A stretch of 35,223 nucleotides of DNA from Anaerovibrio sp. GTDB taxonomy: Bacteria > Bacillota > Clostridia > Oscillospirales > Oscillospiraceae. Positions 9,401 to 18,057 of the stretch are shown here, piece after piece (position 1 is the stretch's first letter; each line of letters starts with the position of its first letter). The translations under genes were made by a program, and so were the position numbers. The DNA is taken from positions 1-35,223 of the forward strand of contig CAVJBM010000103.1 of the NCBI GenBank assembly GCA_963647775.1, in the 5' to 3' direction. Under the pieces are notes generated by a model. The model saw only the letters and a list, made by a program, of their open reading frames with translations. It did no database searches and was not told the DNA's origin.

Positions 9401-9963
9401 CCTCCATCCTGGCGGACGCCGGCGGCGAGGGGGAGCCCCGCTTCGGCGACGGCCAGCGGGTGACCCTGGCGGGCATCGTCTCCACCGTGCGCACCAAGAC
9501 CACCAAGAACAATTCCCTCATGGCCTACGTCATGCTGGAGGACGCCACCGGCTCCATGGAGCTGATGGTGTTCTCCCGCACCCTGTCGGAGTGCGGGGCG
9601 TACCTCAAGGCCGGCCAGCCCGTGGCGGTCACCGGCCGGGTGTCCATCCGGGACGAGAAGGAGCCCCAGCTGATGGTGGACCGCGTCTCCCCCCTGGACG
9701 GCGCCGCCCCCGCCCGGCCCGGAGCGGGGGAGCAGGGGAAGCCCGCCGTCCCCCGCACCCTCTGGATCAAGCTGGAGAACGGCGGCGCCCCCTTCGACTG
9801 GCTGAAAAAGCTGCTGGACATGTTCCCCGGCAGCGACTCCGCCATCGTCTACCTGGCGGACAGCGGGAAAAAACTCAAGCTTCAGACCGGCTGCCTCATC
9901 CACGACGCTCTCCTGGCCGAGCTGCGGGAGACCCTGGGCGAGGCCAGCGTGGCCCTGAGATAG
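6490..9963 (+). CDS. dnaE: DNA polymerase III subunit alpha (DnaE)
   Basis: PHP motifs HLHVHTEFSLLDG, ITDHG and TNDAHY; GPGRGSGAGS; MPDIDIDF catalytic motif; KMDFLGL; YAFNKAHA; OB fold. Confidence 0.98.
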   Translation: MAFTHLHVHTEFSLLDGACRIKELPRQVKALGQDSVAITDHGVMFGIIDFYRACKAEGIKPIIGCEVYVAPRTRFDRVHELDAEARHLVLLCQNETGYRNLSYMVSMAYTEGFYIKPRIDMDLLRAHSEGLIALSACLAGEIPRLILQGCYDKAKAHALEMRDLFGPDNYYLELQDHHIPEQQTVNAGILRLHEETGIPLVCTNDAHYLTRGDSAMQDTLLCIQTGKLLEDENRMRFSTDEFYLKSEEEMRALFPACPEALENTVKIAERCNVEFEFGHYHLPEFKLPDGWTDAAAYFEHLCREGFARRYPRQPEDYRKQLEYEIGVIEQMGFVDYFLIVSDFIGYAKGQGIPVGPGRGSGAGSMVAYCLNITDIDPMKYNLFFERFLNPERVTMPDIDIDFCIRRRQEVIDYVARKYGPDHVAQIVTFGTMKAKAAIRDVGRVMNLPYAEVDAIAKQVPFSLDMTLDKALEVSKGFADLYHGDEKVKRLVDMARRLEGMPRNTSTHAAGVVITKRPVYEYVPLATNDGQPVTQYIMTTLEELGLLKMDFLGLRNLTILDDAVQMVRRQEPDFQLDQIPEDDPEVYKMLCEGRTSGVFQMESAGMTGVCVGLKPKSIEDITAIIALYRPGPMDSIPRFIACAQDPGKIRYKHPLLEPILAVTYGCIVYQEQVIEIFRRLAGYSLGQADMVRRAMSKKKVKDIERERGAFLRGDPARNIKGCAANGIPEDVAQSIYDEIYDFASYAFNKAHAVAYAVVAYQTAWFKCRHTREYMAALLTSVLDSQEKVAEYIAECRENGIALLPPDVNESGPTFTVSGPNIRFGLAALKGVGRSFVNALIAEREKGGAFTDFPDFCQRMYDSDLNKRVLDSLIRSGSFDSLGYRRSQLLAVYEQVVDSIARDRREKLEGQLDLFGGGEDKPAPLVMTLPDLPEFTPGELMSMEKETTGLYLSGHPMDEYRQQARAVRAVSIASILADAGGEGEPRFGDGQRVTLAGIVSTVRTKTTKNNSLMAYVMLEDATGSMELMVFSRTLSECGAYLKAGQPVAVTGRVSIRDEKEPQLMVDRVSPLDGAAPARPGAGEQGKPAVPRTLWIKLENGGAPFDWLKKLLDMFPGSDSAIVYLADSGKKLKLQTGCLIHDALLAELRETLGEASVALR

Positions 9964-9973
9964 GAGGACTGCT

Positions 9974-11524
9974 ATGTACAAATTTCTCGCCAAGCTGGGC
10001 AAGCTCCTCTTCCACCGCATCGGCGTCATCGCCGTGCTGGTGGGGCTTCAGATCGCGGCCTATGTGCTGCTGTTCACCGCCCTGGCCGGCACGTTTTACT
10101 ACACCGTCATCACCTCGCTGCTGACGGTGCTGTCGGCGGCGGCGGTGCTGTGGATCGTGGGCAACAACAGCAACCCGGGCTATAAGATCGGCTGGATCAT
10201 CATCGTGCTGGCCTTCCGGCCCTTCGGCGCGGCGGCCTACGTGCTGCTGGGGGGCAACCGCCTGTCCCGGTACAACCAGCGCCGCCTGGGCAATATGGAG
10301 CACACCATGAAGCGCTGGCTGGACGCGGACTGCGGCCGGGCCGGCGCGCTGGAGGCCCTGGTGGGCCCCGATGCCGGCCGCATGGCCCACTATCTGGAGG
10401 CGTCCGCCGCCTGCCCGGTGTACGCCAACACCGCCACCCGCTACTACCCCCTGGGCGACCTGTGCTACGACGACATTCTGGACGCCCTCCACAGCGCCCG
10501 GCGCTTTATCTATATCGAGTATTTCATCATCGAGGAGGGCATCCTCTGGAACTCGGTGCTGGACATCCTGAAGCAGAAGGCGGCGGAGGGGGTGGAGGTC
10601 CGGGTGATCTACGACGACATCGGCTCCATCTTCACCCTGCCCTCCAACTATCCCGCCCGGCTGGAGGCCATGGGCATCCACTGCCGGGCCTTCAACCGGC
10701 TGGTGCCGGTGCTCTCCCTGCGGCAGAACAACCGGGACCACCGGAAGTATATGATCGTGGACGGCCGGGTGGCCTTCACCGGCGGCATCAACATGGCGGA
10801 CGAGTATATCAACGCCAAGGAGCGCTTCGGCCACTGGAAGGACTCCGCCATCCGCCTGGAGGGGGACGCGGTGTGGTCCATGACGGCCTCCTTCCTCTCC
10901 ATGTGGGACTTTGAGACCAACGAGACGGAGCAGTCCCTGCCGGAGCGCCCGGCCCCCGCCCCGGCGGACCTCCAGCTGGGCTATGTCCAGCCCTACCACG
11001 ACTGCCCCTTGGACAACGAGCCCGTGGGCCTTACGGTCTACCTCAACCTCATCAACCGGGCCAAGCGGTACGTCTACCTCACCACGCCCTACCTGGTCAT
11101 CGACTACTCCATGACCGTGGCTCTCACCTCGGCGGCCAAGTCGGGGGTGGACGTGCGCATCATCACCCCCCACATCCCGGACAAAAAGACGGTGTTCGAG
11201 GTGACCCGCGCCCACTACCGGGAACTGCTGGAGGCCGGTGTGCGCATTTTCGAGTACAAGCCCGGCTTCATCCACAGCAAGAACATGGTGGCGGACGATC
11301 TCTACGGCACCGTGGGCACGGTGAACATGGACTACCGCAGCATGTTCCTCCACTTTGAGAACGGCGTCCTCCTGTATGAGACGCCCTCCGTGGCCGCCAT
11401 CCGGGACGATTTTCTGGACACCCAGGACAAGAGCCTGGAGGTCACCCTGGCCGACTGCATGCAGGTGCCCTGGTACCGCCGGGCCCTGCGCTCGGCCCTG
11501 CGGGTGCTGGCCCCGCTGCTGTAA
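9974..11524 (+). CDS. cls: Cardiolipin synthase
   Basis: N-terminal TM helices and two PLD HKD motifs (HRKYMIVD, HSKNMVAD). Confidence 0.95.
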   Translation: MYKFLAKLGKLLFHRIGVIAVLVGLQIAAYVLLFTALAGTFYYTVITSLLTVLSAAAVLWIVGNNSNPGYKIGWIIIVLAFRPFGAAAYVLLGGNRLSRYNQRRLGNMEHTMKRWLDADCGRAGALEALVGPDAGRMAHYLEASAACPVYANTATRYYPLGDLCYDDILDALHSARRFIYIEYFIIEEGILWNSVLDILKQKAAEGVEVRVIYDDIGSIFTLPSNYPARLEAMGIHCRAFNRLVPVLSLRQNNRDHRKYMIVDGRVAFTGGINMADEYINAKERFGHWKDSAIRLEGDAVWSMTASFLSMWDFETNETEQSLPERPAPAPADLQLGYVQPYHDCPLDNEPVGLTVYLNLINRAKRYVYLTTPYLVIDYSMTVALTSAAKSGVDVRIITPHIPDKKTVFEVTRAHYRELLEAGVRIFEYKPGFIHSKNMVADDLYGTVGTVNMDYRSMFLHFENGVLLYETPSVAAIRDDFLDTQDKSLEVTLADCMQVPWYRRALRSALRVLAPLL

Positions 11525-11530
11525 GCGCAT

Positions 11531-11569
11531 AAAAAGGTCCCCCATCCACAGGGATGGGGGACCTTTTTT
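11531..11569. terminator. Bidirectional intrinsic terminator between cls and asrB
   Basis: aaaaaggtcccccatcc-acag-ggatgggggaccttttt, a perfect stem with A and T tails between convergent genes. Confidence 0.9.
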
Positions 11570-11573
11570 GGAT

Positions 11574-12368
11574 TCAGTCGAACAGATTTTTGGCTCTGGT
11601 GTAGTTGAACACCGGGCCCTCCAGGCAGACATAGGTCTCGTTGATCTTGCAGTGGCCGCACTTGCCCACGGCGCAGGACATCTTCCGCTCGAAGGACACC
11701 CAGATCTTTTCCTCCGCCGCGCCGTTTTTCATGCACTCCAGGGCGGCGAAGTGCATCATCACCGGGGGGCCCACGATGGCCACGTTGTAGTCCTCAAACT
11801 CGGCGAAGGGCACCTTGCCGATGTGGGCGGTGACCATGCCGGTCTCGAAGCCGGGGGCGGAGGAGTTGTCCAGGGTGGGGATCACATGGAACTTCTCCGT
11901 GTGCTTGAAGCGCTCCAGCTCCTCGGTGAACAGCACGGCGTTGATGTCCTTGAAGCCGGCGATGAGGTACACGGAGCTGATCTCGTCCAGGTGCTCCCGG
12001 AAGTAGTTGAGGGTGGTCTTTACCGGGGCCATGCCCGTGCCGCCGCAGATGACCACCAGGTCCTTGCCCTTGAACCGGTCGATGGGGAAGGGGTTGCCGT
12101 AGGGCCCCCGCATGAACAGGGTATCCCCCTCGCCCAGGCCGAAGATGCCGTCGGTGAGGCGGCCCACCTTGCGGATGGTGAACTCCACATAGCCTGGGCC
12201 CTTGCCGCTGACGGAGATGGGGGCCTCCCCCACCTTGGGGATGGACAGCTGGAAGAACTGGCCGTGCTGGGTCTCGCCGTTGTAGGCCACCCGGAAGGTG
12301 TACTCCGCCCGGGTCTCCTTCAGCACCCGGAGGATCCTGTGGGGGGAGGGGAGCATGATGTTGTCCAT
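11574..12368 (-). CDS. asrB: AsrB-like FAD/NAD(P)H-binding [2Fe-2S] subunit (anaerobic sulfite reductase subunit B family)
   Basis: GQFFQLSIPKVGEAPISVS, RGPYGNPFP, GGTGMAP, VGPPVMM, ERKMSCAVGKCGHC..YVCLEGPVF. Confidence 0.9.
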   Translation of the reverse strand: MDNIMLPSPHRILRVLKETRAEYTFRVAYNGETQHGQFFQLSIPKVGEAPISVSGKGPGYVEFTIRKVGRLTDGIFGLGEGDTLFMRGPYGNPFPIDRFKGKDLVVICGGTGMAPVKTTLNYFREHLDEISSVYLIAGFKDINAVLFTEELERFKHTEKFHVIPTLDNSSAPGFETGMVTAHIGKVPFAEFEDYNVAIVGPPVMMHFAALECMKNGAAEEKIWVSFERKMSCAVGKCGHCKINETYVCLEGPVFNYTRAKNLFD

Positions 12369-12369
12369 A

Positions 12370-14016
12370 TCAGTGAGCCTCCTTTTCCAGCAGCTCGGCC
12401 AGACCGCAGACGGCCTGGAGGTAGTCGATCTTCTTGGGACAGCGGTCGATGCACCGGCCGCAGCCCACGCACATGTGCTCGCTGCCGCCGAAGCGCAGGT
12501 TGTAGTCGTACACCTTGTGCAGCACCTTGAAGCGCATGTTGGCCCCCTGGGTCTTGCGGGCCATGCCGCCGCCGGCGGTGCGGGTGAAGTCCGCCAGCAT
12601 GCAGGAGGACCACACCCGGCGGCGCTCGCCGTCCCGGCTGGTCTCGTTGTAGATCACGTCCACCGTGTCGAAGCAGGAGCAGGTGGGGCACACGGTGTTG
12701 CACCCGCCGCAGCCGATGCACTCCTCGTCGTACTGCTTCCAGTAGTCGCTTTTGCACACCTCGCCCAGCTGCTCCCGGCTGCGGATGACGGGCAGCCTGG
12801 CGGCCCGGGGATTCTCCGTGACGAACTCCGGCGTGAACCGGATGGGCACCTCGTCGGCAAAGTAGGGCAGCAGGGCCTCCTCCCGCACCTCGATGAGGGC
12901 GCAGATGTCGTCGATGCGGATGGCGGCCTCGTAATCGTCCGCCACGTTGGAGCCCATGGACACGCAGAAGCAGTTCTCGCCGCTCTCCCGGCACTCCAGC
13001 AGGAACAGGTGGACCTTCTCCCGCATCCGGCGGTAGTAGAGGTCGGCGTTCCCGTTATGGAGGAAAATATTGTCCAGCCGGCGGATGGCGTTCAGGTCGC
13101 AGGGCCGGGCGATGAGGATGATCTCCCGGTCGTCCTCCAGCTCCTTCTGGGTGCACTCCTGGTCGTTGAAGTAGAACATGGTCTGGGAGATGGGGTAAAA
13201 GACCTCCTTGGGGGAGAAGTGGGAGCGCTCCTTATATTCGATGTCCCCCAGGGCGTTGATCTCCCCGTAGCGGATGAGGTCGGTGCCGCCGGGGCCCCGC
13301 CTGGGCAGGCGCCTGGGGGCGAACACCCGGTAGCGCTCCTTCAGCCGGGCCAGCAGGTCGGCAAAGCGCTCGGCCCGGACGGAGTAGCTGCGGGCCTCCT
13401 GGATGCTCCCCTCCGCCAGGGCGGACAGGAACTCCCGCTCCCCCTGGAGGAAGCCCGCGGTGATCAGGCCCACGGCCTTGTAGAAGTCCTGGTCCGCATA
13501 CTTTTCGATGTCCCCGGCAAAGGCGGGCACCCAGTTGAGCAGATGCTGGTCCAGGAAGGCCAGGGCCCCGGCGCTGTCGCCCTGCTCGGTCAGCAGGGCC
13601 ATGTACTCCAGTTCCAGGGCCAGATGGTCCTCCGGCAGGTCGGAGAAGCCCTCCGCCTTGCCCAGGCCCGCCTGGAGGTAGACGGCCCGCACGGCCTCCC
13701 AGGCGTCCTGCATGTAGATCTTCTTTTTGCTGGTGTAGACGGACTCGCAGGGGATGGCGGCGGCCCCGTCGGCGGAGCCGGCGGCCAGGAAGGCGGCGGC
13801 GTAGTCCACCGCCAGGTCCTCCAGGGCGCTGTCCCCGCAGCCCTTCAGCCAGGCCCCCAGCAGGGCCCAGCCCTCGCCCAGCTGCCCCTCGGCGGCGGGG
13901 AGGGAGAGGGCCTTCAGCCGCTCCAGCAGGGCCCTGTCCACCTCAGAGCGGTAGAGCCGGGCCAGCAGGCGGTACATCTCGCAGCGAAGCTGCACGTGAG
14001 AACGGGAGATCATCAT
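12370..14016 (-). CDS. Fusion protein: N-terminal TorD/DmsD molybdoenzyme chaperone + C-terminal AsrA-like 4Fe-4S subunit
   Basis: N-terminal ~200 aa carry PCESVY, PEDHLALELEYM, HLLNWVP and FY (TorD/DmsD). The C-terminal part carries SPKEVFYP, RPCDLNAI, C..NCFCVSMG, CIGCGGCNTVCPTCSCF, RRRVWSSC and CVGCGRCIDRCP (AsrA). Confidence 0.88.
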   Translation of the reverse strand: MMISRSHVQLRCEMYRLLARLYRSEVDRALLERLKALSLPAAEGQLGEGWALLGAWLKGCGDSALEDLAVDYAAAFLAAGSADGAAAIPCESVYTSKKKIYMQDAWEAVRAVYLQAGLGKAEGFSDLPEDHLALELEYMALLTEQGDSAGALAFLDQHLLNWVPAFAGDIEKYADQDFYKAVGLITAGFLQGEREFLSALAEGSIQEARSYSVRAERFADLLARLKERYRVFAPRRLPRRGPGGTDLIRYGEINALGDIEYKERSHFSPKEVFYPISQTMFYFNDQECTQKELEDDREIILIARPCDLNAIRRLDNIFLHNGNADLYYRRMREKVHLFLLECRESGENCFCVSMGSNVADDYEAAIRIDDICALIEVREEALLPYFADEVPIRFTPEFVTENPRAARLPVIRSREQLGEVCKSDYWKQYDEECIGCGGCNTVCPTCSCFDTVDVIYNETSRDGERRRVWSSCMLADFTRTAGGGMARKTQGANMRFKVLHKVYDYNLRFGGSEHMCVGCGRCIDRCPKKIDYLQAVCGLAELLEKEAH

Positions 14017-14642
14017 GCCTTGCGGCCTCCTTTCTTCCAGGCGCTGTGCTCAACGCAGTCCTGGGGCCGGACGTCCACCCAGCTGTCCCGCCGCAGGATG
14101 TAGCGGACGGTGGGGCCGTTGCCCTCGTCCTTCAGGGAGTAGATCTTGCCGGGGTCCACCGACGCCAGCAGGCGGGAGACCTCGCTCTCCGGGTCGTTCA
14201 CGTCGCCGCAGCGCAGGGCGCCGCCGGCGCAGTTGCGCACGCAGGCGGGGGTGCCGCCCTCTGCCCGGAGGTGGGCGCACAGGTCGCACTTGTCGGACAC
14301 CCGCAGCTCCTTATTGGGGTGGATGCAGCCGTAGGGGCAGGCCCGGATGCAGCTGCCGCAGCCGATGCACAGGCTCTGATCGATGGAGACCACGCCGTCC
14401 TCCTCGTGCTTGAAGCACGCGCCGGTGGGACAGACCCGGGTGCACATGGGGTCCCGGCACTGCTGGCACATGACGGTGAGGAAGTACATCTGGAGATCGG
14501 GATAGGTGCCGTTGGGGCCGATGGTGCACACCTTGTTGCGCCCCTGGCCCAGGGCGATGCCGTTCTCCAGCTTGCAGGCCACCTGGCAGCCCTTGCAGCC
14601 GATGCAGCGGTCGATATCGACCACGAAGGTCATCTGCTTCAT
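14013..14642 (-). CDS. 4Fe-4S dicluster protein, DmsB/NrfC-type electron-transfer subunit
   Basis: CIGCKGCQVAC, CQQCRDPMCTRVCP, CIGCGSCIRACPY and KCDLC..PACVRNC motifs; ATGA overlaps with neighbouring genes. Confidence 0.92.
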   Translation of the reverse strand: MKQMTFVVDIDRCIGCKGCQVACKLENGIALGQGRNKVCTIGPNGTYPDLQMYFLTVMCQQCRDPMCTRVCPTGACFKHEEDGVVSIDQSLCIGCGSCIRACPYGCIHPNKELRVSDKCDLCAHLRAEGGTPACVRNCAGGALRCGDVNDPESEVSRLLASVDPGKIYSLKDEGNGPTVRYILRRDSWVDVRPQDCVEHSAWKKGGRKA

Positions 14643-17299
14643 ACCTCCACCTCCTTGGTGATCTCACCGGCCGCAGGCAGCCAGGGCCGGAAATCCTCCG
14701 GGTTGAGCCACACGCCCTCGGGGGCGCCCTCCGCGGGATAGACCTTCACCTGGAAGGCCCGCAGGGTATAGGTGCCCACCACGTCGTTGAAGGGGGCGGT
14801 GGCCTTGGTGAGCATGTTCACGTTCATTTCCTTCCACCCGTGGGTGTCGGTGTTGAGGGTCTCCGGGTTCCAGAACCGCTCCATATACACCGTGGAGGGG
14901 TGGATGCCCTCGGTGATCTTGGCCACCCCTCTGGTGCGGCCCCGGCGGGACTCCAGCCATACCCACATGCCGTCCTCGATGCCGTACTTCTCGGCGGCGG
15001 AGGGGTGGATCCACATCTCGGGGGCGGGGTACATCTCCCGCAGCCAGGGGACGTTGCGCAGGGTGCCGTGGTGGTAGAAGGGTACCCGCCCGCCGGTGTA
15101 GACCAGGGGGTACTCCTCGTCGGTGAGGGGGCTCTCCACCGGCTCCAGATAGTAGGGCAGGGGCTCGTAATCCTGGTCGGCGGGCTCCAGATCCACGGGG
15201 CTGAAGGGCCGGCCCGTGCGGCCCAGGGTGATCATGGCGTCGTTGTAGATCTCGCACTTGCGGGAGGCGGTGGGGAACCCGCCGGGCAGGCCGCCCAGCT
15301 TGGGGTCGGGCTGCCTGTAGACATAGTAGGACCGCCACTGCTCCTTGGGCAGGTACTCGATGGGGGCCTTGGCGGCGAACTCCTTCCAGCTCATGCCCAG
15401 GCGCTCCACCCAGTGGGACAAGAATTCGTCCATGCTGTTCCAGTAGGGCAGGTCGTGGCCCATGTACTCGGCGTCAAAGGCCTTGGCGCAGGACTCGTGG
15501 CCCAGCTCGCCGCAGCGCTTGGCCAGCTTGGACCAGAACAGCGTCTCGTCCATGGTCTCCCACAGGTGGGTGCACTGCTGCCGGGCCACCAGGGTGTTGC
15601 AGGTCTCCACCAGCATGTCGGTCTCCAGCCACTCCTCCGAGGGGATGAGGATATCCGCGTAGGCGGAGAAGGAGGTGGGGTACATGTAGACGTGGACGAT
15701 GAAGTCCAGCTTATGGATGGCCTGCTCCCACTTCTGGCTGTCGGCGGTGGCGCCCAGCTTGTTGCCGGAGCGGTCGATCCACACCCGGGGCTGATAGGGC
15801 TCGCCGGTGAGGACGGCGTCCAGGATGCTGGAGGGGTGCCCCGCCCACCAGATGCCCAGGCCCTTGTGGGCCCGGCCGCCCAGGCGCTTTTTCAGCTGCT
15901 CCACCGGCAGCCGGTCCGCCGCCACAGGCACGGGATAGTTGGGCATGTCGAAGCAGCCGCTGGTGCGGAACCGCTGGAGCAGGGCGCCGGGGCGCTCCAC
16001 ATTGCCCATCAGCAGGTCGATGGTGCAGGCGGCCATGGCGGCCTGGACGGAGTTGGGGGTCTGGTCGGTGGCCACGCCCAGGCACAGGCCGCTGGGGGTG
16101 TTGTCGGCAAAGACGTGGATGGCCTCCTCGATCTTGTCCCGGTCCACCTGGCAGATCTCCGCGGCCTTCTCCAGGGTGAACTCCTCGCACCGCTCCCACA
16201 GAAGCTGCCAGCCGGTCCTGCACACCCGGCCGTCCACCAGGTACTCGCCCTCCAGGGCGGGGTCCAGGTCGTCGTTCCAGGGGTAGGGCAGGGGCTGGGC
16301 GGAGTTGGTCTTTTTGTCCCAGACCATGTAGGTGTCCGGCGCGCCGTCCTTCCCCGCCTCGGCCCGGAGGGTCATTTTGGTCTCCACGTCCACCAGGTAG
16401 GGCAGGTTGGTCCACTTCATGACGAAGTCGGCGTCGTACAGCTTATGCTCCATGATGTAGCGCACCCAGGCCAGCTCCAGGGCCACGTCGGTGCCCGGCC
16501 GCACGGGGAGCCACACGTCGGCCTTGGCCGCGTCGGGGGTGAAGCGGGGGTCGATGACCACGGTCTTGACCCCCTTGGCCCGCAGGTCGGACACCATGCC
16601 GCCGCCGGAGGCGGGGCAGGAGTACGACGGGCAGGCCCCCCACAGCACCAGGGCCTTGATGGGGGTGTCGTCGGTGAAATAGAGCTCCAGGGCGTTGGAG
16701 TCGGAGATGCTGGGGTCCACGCCGCCGTACATCATGGTGTAGGCCAGCACCCGGGGGAGGTAGCACTGGGCGCAGCCCGGCTCGAACCAGTTGGGGGTGC
16801 CGAAGATGTTGCAGAACCGGGCGATGGACCAGATCTCCGGGTTGCCGCCGCCGCCGGTGGAGCAGAACACGGCCTCGGCGCCGTACTTCTCCCGGGTCTC
16901 CATCAGCTTTTTGGCGATGATGTCCAGGGCCTCGTCCCAGGAGATGCGCTTCCATTTGCCGCTGCCCCGGGGGCCCACCCGCTGCATGGGGTACTTGTTC
17001 CGGTTGGGGTTGTACAGGGCCTGCACGCCGCTGAGCCCCTTGGCGCACATGCGGCCCTTGCTCATGGGGTCCTGCGGGTTGCCCTGGAGACTCACCACCC
17101 GGCCGTTGCGCACCGTGGCCAGCACGCCGCAGTTGGCGATGCAGGCCCGGCAGGCGGTCTTGATGACCTTCACGTCATCCTTGGACGCGCCCGGCCCCTC
17201 CGGGCGGGGGACCAAGGCGCGCGGCCCCTCCGGGAAGCCGGTCAGGCCGCCGGCGCGGAGGGAGCGGAGATAGTCCTGTGCGTGGAATGCTGCTTCCAT
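14639..17299 (-). CDS. Bis-MGD molybdopterin oxidoreductase catalytic subunit (DMSO reductase superfamily), cytoplasmic
   Basis: N-terminal Fe-S motif CRACIANC..MCAKG, WKRISWDEALD, VIDPRFT, RPGTDVAL, ADILIP, and a C-terminal molybdopterin-dinucleotide domain (WIHPSAA, ESRRG). No twin-arginine signal. RBS GAGGAGG. Confidence 0.93.
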   Translation of the reverse strand: MEAAFHAQDYLRSLRAGGLTGFPEGPRALVPRPEGPGASKDDVKVIKTACRACIANCGVLATVRNGRVVSLQGNPQDPMSKGRMCAKGLSGVQALYNPNRNKYPMQRVGPRGSGKWKRISWDEALDIIAKKLMETREKYGAEAVFCSTGGGGNPEIWSIARFCNIFGTPNWFEPGCAQCYLPRVLAYTMMYGGVDPSISDSNALELYFTDDTPIKALVLWGACPSYSCPASGGGMVSDLRAKGVKTVVIDPRFTPDAAKADVWLPVRPGTDVALELAWVRYIMEHKLYDADFVMKWTNLPYLVDVETKMTLRAEAGKDGAPDTYMVWDKKTNSAQPLPYPWNDDLDPALEGEYLVDGRVCRTGWQLLWERCEEFTLEKAAEICQVDRDKIEEAIHVFADNTPSGLCLGVATDQTPNSVQAAMAACTIDLLMGNVERPGALLQRFRTSGCFDMPNYPVPVAADRLPVEQLKKRLGGRAHKGLGIWWAGHPSSILDAVLTGEPYQPRVWIDRSGNKLGATADSQKWEQAIHKLDFIVHVYMYPTSFSAYADILIPSEEWLETDMLVETCNTLVARQQCTHLWETMDETLFWSKLAKRCGELGHESCAKAFDAEYMGHDLPYWNSMDEFLSHWVERLGMSWKEFAAKAPIEYLPKEQWRSYYVYRQPDPKLGGLPGGFPTASRKCEIYNDAMITLGRTGRPFSPVDLEPADQDYEPLPYYLEPVESPLTDEEYPLVYTGGRVPFYHHGTLRNVPWLREMYPAPEMWIHPSAAEKYGIEDGMWVWLESRRGRTRGVAKITEGIHPSTVYMERFWNPETLNTDTHGWKEMNVNMLTKATAPFNDVVGTYTLRAFQVKVYPAEGAPEGVWLNPEDFRPWLPAAGEITKEVEV

Positions 17300-17318
17300 A
17301 GGCTGATCCTCCTCTGTT

Positions 17319-18032
17319 TTACTGCTGCGTATTTCTGCGGACGGACTCGATGTGTCCGCACATGATGTCCTGGGCGCGCTGCTCGTCCCGGGCCTCGATG
17401 GCGTCGATGAGCTCCCGGTGGAAGCGGACGGAATCGTAGTACTTCTCCGGCTGGCGGCCGTAGGTCTGCTCGTACAGGCCCATGTCCGTGCCGGCGCTGT
17501 GGACGATGTTCACGAACTGGATGTAGAACTCGTTGTGGGAGGCGGCGGCGCACCGCAGGTGGAACAGGTCGTCCAGCTCCAGCATGTGGGCCAGGGGGAA
17601 CTCCCCCCGGATGTAGGCGGGGATGTCCGCCTCCATGCGGTCTGCATCCTGCCGGAGGGCGGCGATGTCCTCGGTTCGGGCGTTGCGGGCGGCCAGCCGG
17701 GCGGCGGCCCCCTCCACCACCGAGCGGGCCTCGAACAGGTCCCCGGCCAGGGAGTGGTCCAGCACCGTGTAGGTGTGGAGGATGCGCCCCAGGATGGCGG
17801 GGGAGAAGCCGGCGATGTAGTTGCCGTCGCCGTGGCGCTTTTCCACGATGCCCAGGGCGGACAGGGCGCTGATGGCCTCCCGCAGGGGCACCCGGGAGAT
17901 GCCCAGCCGCTCGGCGAACTCCCGTTCGCCCGGCAGCCGGTCCCCCTGCTTCAGCTCCCCGCGGTCGATGCAGTCCAGCACGTAGTCCACCACCTGCTGG
18001 CTGACGCTGCTTCTTTGAATCGGTGTCTCCAT
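17319..18032 (-). CDS. GntR-family, FadR-subfamily transcriptional regulator (wHTH + FCD)
   Basis: GDRLPGEREFAERLGISRVPLREA wHTH; FCD motifs EARSVVE, DDLFH, SHN, H..I.AI and HI. Confidence 0.93.
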   Translation of the reverse strand: METPIQRSSVSQQVVDYVLDCIDRGELKQGDRLPGEREFAERLGISRVPLREAISALSALGIVEKRHGDGNYIAGFSPAILGRILHTYTVLDHSLAGDLFEARSVVEGAAARLAARNARTEDIAALRQDADRMEADIPAYIRGEFPLAHMLELDDLFHLRCAAASHNEFYIQFVNIVHSAGTDMGLYEQTYGRQPEKYYDSVRFHRELIDAIEARDEQRAQDIMCGHIESVRRNTQQ

Positions 18033-18057
18033 GAAAATGCTCCGTTTCTGCTGCTTG

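Noticed and set aside
5539..10029. 1496-aa minus-strand ORF and similar long antisense ORFs (31287-35039, 25281-27905, 14840-17365, 18967-21552)
   Set aside because: Shadow ORFs opposite well-supported genes, caused by high GC3 codon bias; they carry no protein motifs.
13395..13400. AGGAGG at the TorD-AsrA junction as an internal RBS
   Set aside because: No in-frame start codon at a suitable spacing; it simply encodes Q-E-A.
11574..14016. Annotation as a functional anaerobic sulfite reductase
   Set aside because: The catalytic siroheme subunit AsrC is absent, and a terminator follows asrB directly.
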